A stretch of 64,000 nucleotides of DNA from Alphaproteobacteria bacterium. GTDB taxonomy: Bacteria > Pseudomonadota > Alphaproteobacteria > CALKHQ01. The notes under the pieces were generated by a model. The model did not search any database and was not told the origin of the DNA. It was given only the letters and a program-made list of their open reading frames with translations. The DNA lies in contig CBDDFZ010000001.1 of assembly GCA_965227515.1 (NCBI GenBank), positions 3,968,001-4,032,000 of the forward strand, in the 5' to 3' direction. The translations under genes were made by a program, and so were the position numbers. Shown here piece after piece: positions 59,993 through 64,000 of this stretch. Each line of letters starts with the position of its first letter. The first letter of the stretch is position 1.

Positions 59993-62900
59993 TCAGTAGT
60001 CCCACTCCACCGCGATACCCACCGATGACTGGCCTTCCTCGTCGACACTGGTGGTCAGATCCAGCCAGTCGAGCACCTGGTAGTCGACCTCCGCGCTGTC
60101 GGGCGACAGGGTCACATAGACATCCTCGGTCGCATAGCCGCTGACCTCGATCTGGCTGGTATCGGTGATGCCGCCCTCAACATCGACCCTGAGACCCTGA
60201 ATGCCGGTCAGCTCGCGCGCCATCGACACGATGCCGAGCCCGCCGCCGCCACCGCCCAGCAGGTCCATCGCCTCGCCCGAGCGTAACGCCTCCGCCGCCG
60301 ACAGGGCACCGAAGCCGCTGCTGAACAGCAGGCGGCTGACGATCTCCTCCTCGGGCAATGCCGGATCGGACGACAGGTCGATACTTGGGTCCGACGCCAC
60401 ACCGCTCACGGCGATGGTCACGACCGCATCCTCGGCATTGATGGTGGCCGCGATGTCGATCTGCGGATCGGGCGGATTGGCGCCGGTAAAGGTGATTACC
60501 CCGCGTTCCAGGTTCAGCGGGTTGCCGGCCACCTCCAGAGACCCGCGCAACACCGAAACCGTGCCGGCGATCCGCGGATCGAGGGTCGACCCACCGATCT
60601 CGAGCTGGCCTTGCCATTCGGAGTCCAGCCCAAGGCCGCGCACGAACACCTGCCGTGGCATGGAGACCGACACATCCAGCAGAATTTCCGGCGCGACCGA
60701 CGATGGCGCCTGCCCCAGATCGACCTCGCGCTCCGCCGGGCCGCCATTGACCTCTATGACATCGAGTTCCACGACACTGGCCGGCAACTGCTCCGGCAGA
60801 TTGATCTCCACGGGCGAGGCGACCAGATCGCCGGTCAGCGCCAGCGCCGACATCGGGCCAACGGCATCGATGCTGCCGCTGACCACCGCGGTCGCCAGGT
60901 CGCTGCCGACGACCGTGAACTCATCGAGGGTGACGTCCGCGTCGACCGTCGCTTCCGGCGATGTGAACTGGAAGCTGCCGGCGCCGGTCAATCGGCCGCC
61001 GCGGCCGTCGGTGGCCGACAAGCGCTCGATGACGATTTGCGAGGCGTTGCCCCGCATCACCACGTCGATGTCGCGGACGTAGATGCCGTTCTGCACGTCC
61101 TCGATACCGCCGTTCTCAAGTTCCAGACCGCCCTGGATCGCGGGGTTGCCCACGGTGCCGCCAAGCTGCATGTCGGCAACCGCCGTACCGCTGAGCAACA
61201 GATAGCCGGTCGGCGAGATCAGGCTGGAGAACTCCGCCAACGCCAGCGGCCCGTCGATGCGCCCGTTCAGCGGCTGGCCTTCGCGCGGCTCGAACACGAA
61301 CGGGTCCAGCGACAAGGTGAACACAGGGCCAATCTCGATCTCCATCGGCGGATCGCCGATGCCGGAGAGGGTGGCATCCAGGCTCATTAGGCCGTCGGTC
61401 ACGTTGGCGACGGCATCGACGGTCAGGCGGGGGCCCAGCCGCAAGGTGTCGCGGAATGCCAGTTCCTCCGCATCCAGCCGGATAACCCCGGACGGCGCGG
61501 ACGACGGCCCGTTCAGGTCGACCGACAGTTCAACCACGCTTCCGGTCAGCACCGGCCCGCCGATCGCTTCGGTGAGCGGTGTCACCTCACCCGGACCGAC
61601 CCGCACGCTGGCCTCGACCGCGCCCGGCGCGACGGTGAGGTCGGCGGCCAGCGGCATGCCGGCCACCTCGCCGGCGAAATCGTTGAGCGCGATCCCATTG
61701 GCGAAGCTCACCTGGAACGTTTGGCCCGTGACCAACTCGAAGTCGGCGTATTGCGCGCTCAGCGAGGCGACCGAGAGCGACGGCCCGCCGCCGATGTCGA
61801 TGGTGCCGGTGGACGCGACCGCAACGTCGGCGTCCCCCACCTCGCCCGCCGTTGCGACCGTGTACTGCCAGCCGCCGCCACCACCGGAGCCGGTCAGCGT
61901 CAGCGTGTCGATGGCGACCCCGTCGGTGGCGATGCCGCTTGCACCCACCCGAAGGGTGCCGCTGGGTGCGGCGATCACCTGCTCGGCCTGCACGGCCACG
62001 TCGGCGGCGGCAACCGATATGACGGAGCCGCCGCTGTCCAGACTCAGACTGCGCAGGTCTGCGTCGAGGTCGACCGAGGCATCGCCGCCGGCATAGACGC
62101 CATTCAGCGCTGCGGTGATGCCACCGCGCGCCTGCAGGCCCGCCAGTTGCGCCACCGGCGCGATGTCGTTGGCGGCGATGGTCAGGTCGGCGCCGTAGCG
62201 CTCCTCGTCGAGCGCCAGGTCGGCGGCACCGTTGGCCCGCACGCCAAGCGCATCGACAGCCAGGTTGGCAATCCGGATATCCATAGAGACCAGGTCCGCC
62301 ACCACGTCAGCGGAGACCGTGCCGTCGCCAAAGGGGCTCTCGATGGCCACCGCCAAATTGCCCGTCACCGCGCCGCCTGCCTGCGGCGCGCCGGTCAGAT
62401 CGACCGCCGCCGAGGAAAAGCCGATGCCGGAGATTTCCATGTCCCGCGCGGTGGCGGAGACCCGCACCACGGGCGCGGTAAGTGCGCCGCTCGCCGCGAT
62501 GTCGGCCACAAGCTGGCCGAGCTGCGTGTCGGGGCCGATCAGCGATTCCGCCACCCCTTCGGCGCCGGTGGTGCGCACCTGCACCGCCAGGTCGACGAAG
62601 TCCTGTTCCGGGTTCACGCCGCCGCTTGCCTCCAGCGACAGCACCGGCGTCTCGAGACTCACCGAGAGGCCCTCGGCGGTGCCGCCGAATCCGATCAGGC
62701 CAGTGGCAGCCAGATTGGCGCTGTCTCCCAGCAACGGCCCGACGGTCGGGTCGGCAAGTGCCACCTGCGACAGCGAAATGTCCGCATCGACCCAGACGAA
62801 TTCCTGCTCGATCTCGGTGGCGAAGCCGATGCTGGACGCCAGCGCGGCGGCGCCCTCGAAACCCGCCATTTGGAGCAACGGCGCGGCATCCTCCGCGTCC

Positions 62901-64000
62901 AGCGTGACATCGCCGCCGACCGACAGGTTCTCAAGGTCGACCGACACGTCGCCGGCCAGCCGCACCGGGGCAACCAGCAGTGTCATCTCGCTGAGATCGA
63001 GGCTGCTGTACTCGGAGTCGTAGCTGGTGCGCGCGGAGAACTGGACCGCGCCGGTGGCGAGCCCTTCGGGCATCTCAAACGGCAGCACCAGGCCGTCGGT
63101 CGCCAGTTCCACATCGACGGCGAGTTTGGGCGCCGCGAAGTCCATGTTTTCGGCGGAGACATTCAGGGTCAGGCCATCGGCGGCGAATCCCTCCACCTCC
63201 ACGTCCCGCCCGGTGAGTTGCAACTGGATGGTGGGCGATGCACTGCCGCCGGTGAGGCGCACGTCGGCCTGCAACGCCCCGTGGATCGGCACCTCGGTCA
63301 GTGCCTGCAAGCCGAGCGCTTGCGGCACCTGGATCGTCGCGTCCACCGACGCGGTCTCGTCGTCCGGCCGCAAGGTGCCGGCGGCCGAGACCTGAACCGC
63401 CGCGCTCTCCACCGACAGTTCCTCTATCGAGACGAGTGTGTCGCTGAACGCAACGCGGCCGGAGGTCGTCAGCCGCCCGATGATGTCGGCCTGCGGCACG
63501 AACTCCAGCGCGACCGGATCGGCGGCGAACGACCATTCCGCGGCAACGCTTTCGTCTGTCTGGGTGATGGCGTAGCTGCCGCCAAAGACGGACTCCCCGC
63601 CGATGCGCGCGTCGACCGTGCCCTGCCACGCCTGCTGACTGCCCTGGCCGTCGACATCGATGGTCAGGCCCGGCAGGTCGGGCTCGCCCAACATCTCGCT
63701 CAGCAAGCCGCCGCTGGGATCGAAGACCTCGACGTCCAGCGAGACATCGTTGAAGGCATCGCCAATCACAGCGTCCACCCGCACATGGCCGCCGGGCTGG
63801 TCCAACCGGTCGACCGCCAGCTTGGCGTCGGCCTCGGCACTGGTGGCGTTGAACGCGCCGGAGACCGCCAGGATCAGGGGCTCGCCCATGATATCGGGCC
63901 CGAGATGCAGTTCCTTGATCTCAAGCGAAGGTGCGGCGACGTCTATCGGGATCAGCGGCCACGGGATCGCCTCGGAAACCGCCTCCTCGACCGGGGTCTC
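59993..64000 (-). CDS. tamB: Translocation and assembly module TamB (5'-truncated by window edge)
   Basis: Long beta-rich repeats; C-terminal DUF490-like FVRGLGLDSEW, LSSDPALPEEEIVSRLLF, terminal EWDY. Frame is open to the window end. Confidence 0.85.
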   Translation of the reverse strand, partial: ETPVEEAVSEAIPWPLIPIDVAAPSLEIKELHLGPDIMGEPLILAVSGAFNATSAEADAKLAVDRLDQPGGHVRVDAVIGDAFNDVSLDVEVFDPSGGLLSEMLGEPDLPGLTIDVDGQGSQQAWQGTVDARIGGESVFGGSYAITQTDESVAAEWSFAADPVALEFVPQADIIGRLTTSGRVAFSDTLVSIEELSVESAAVQVSAAGTLRPDDETASVDATIQVPQALGLQALTEVPIHGALQADVRLTGGSASPTIQLQLTGRDVEVEGFAADGLTLNVSAENMDFAAPKLAVDVELATDGLVLPFEMPEGLATGAVQFSARTSYDSEYSSLDLSEMTLLVAPVRLAGDVSVDLENLSVGGDVTLDAEDAAPLLQMAGFEGAAALASSIGFATEIEQEFVWVDADISLSQVALADPTVGPLLGDSANLAATGLIGFGGTAEGLSVSLETPVLSLEASGGVNPEQDFVDLAVQVRTTGAEGVAESLIGPDTQLGQLVADIAASGALTAPVVRVSATARDMEISGIGFSSAAVDLTGAPQAGGAVTGNLAVAIESPFGDGTVSADVVADLVSMDIRIANLAVDALGVRANGAADLALDEERYGADLTIAANDIAPVAQLAGLQARGGITAALNGVYAGGDASVDLDADLRSLSLDSGGSVISVAAADVAVQAEQVIAAPSGTLRVGASGIATDGVAIDTLTLTGSGGGGGWQYTVATAGEVGDADVAVASTGTIDIGGGPSLSVASLSAQYADFELVTGQTFQVSFANGIALNDFAGEVAGMPLAADLTVAPGAVEASVRVGPGEVTPLTEAIGGPVLTGSVVELSVDLNGPSSAPSGVIRLDAEELAFRDTLRLGPRLTVDAVANVTDGLMSLDATLSGIGDPPMEIEIGPVFTLSLDPFVFEPREGQPLNGRIDGPLALAEFSSLISPTGYLLLSGTAVADMQLGGTVGNPAIQGGLELENGGIEDVQNGIYVRDIDVVMRGNASQIVIERLSATDGRGGRLTGAGSFQFTSPEATVDADVTLDEFTVVGSDLATAVVSGSIDAVGPMSALALTGDLVASPVEINLPEQLPASVVELDVIEVNGGPAEREVDLGQAPSSVAPEILLDVSVSMPRQVFVRGLGLDSEWQGQLEIGGSTLDPRIAGTVSVLRGSLEVAGNPLNLERGVITFTGANPPDPQIDIAATINAEDAVVTIAVSGVASDPSIDLSSDPALPEEEIVSRLLFSSGFGALSAAEALRSGEAMDLLGGGGGGLGIVSMARELTGIQGLRVDVEGGITDTSQIEVSGYATEDVYVTLSPDSAEVDYQVLDWLDLTTSVDEEGQSSVGIAVEWDY

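Overview
High-GC alphaproteobacterial chromosomal segment (probably Rhodospirillales-like, inferred from gene content). Left to right: a partial D-apionate-lactonase-like gene; yceI; a cryptic GTP-derived metabolite cluster (Zn-ADH-like, atypical PTPS/QueD, GT4, SAM-MTase-like, stand-alone RibD reductase, GTP cyclohydrolase II); opgC/opgH periplasmic glucan genes; and a complete ~28 kb type VI secretion cluster on the minus strand (tssA-B-C1-C2-E-F-G, hcp, vgrG, DUF6931, fha, tssJ-K-L-M, tagF, pppA, an output-less haem-c/HAMP sensor, a soluble Ser/Thr kinase, PAAR-like DUF4280, clpV) with no recognisable effector. Next come a divergent secreted pseudo-caspase, a GNAT, a GDP-heptose mini-operon (hddC, dehydratase, hddA, Nudix) and a beta-propeller protein. 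An IS1111-type IS110-family element sits in a GTAG-REP inside tandem REPIN-like repeats; its 3' non-coding end carries guide-like matches to both its target and its own circle junction, as expected of a bridge RNA. The rest is housekeeping: nrdA with NrdR boxes, def, fmt, truA, an MFS transporter, dapE, dapD and partial tamB. No rRNA, tRNA or CRISPR array was seen. All calls come from reading motifs by eye; no database search or folding program was run.
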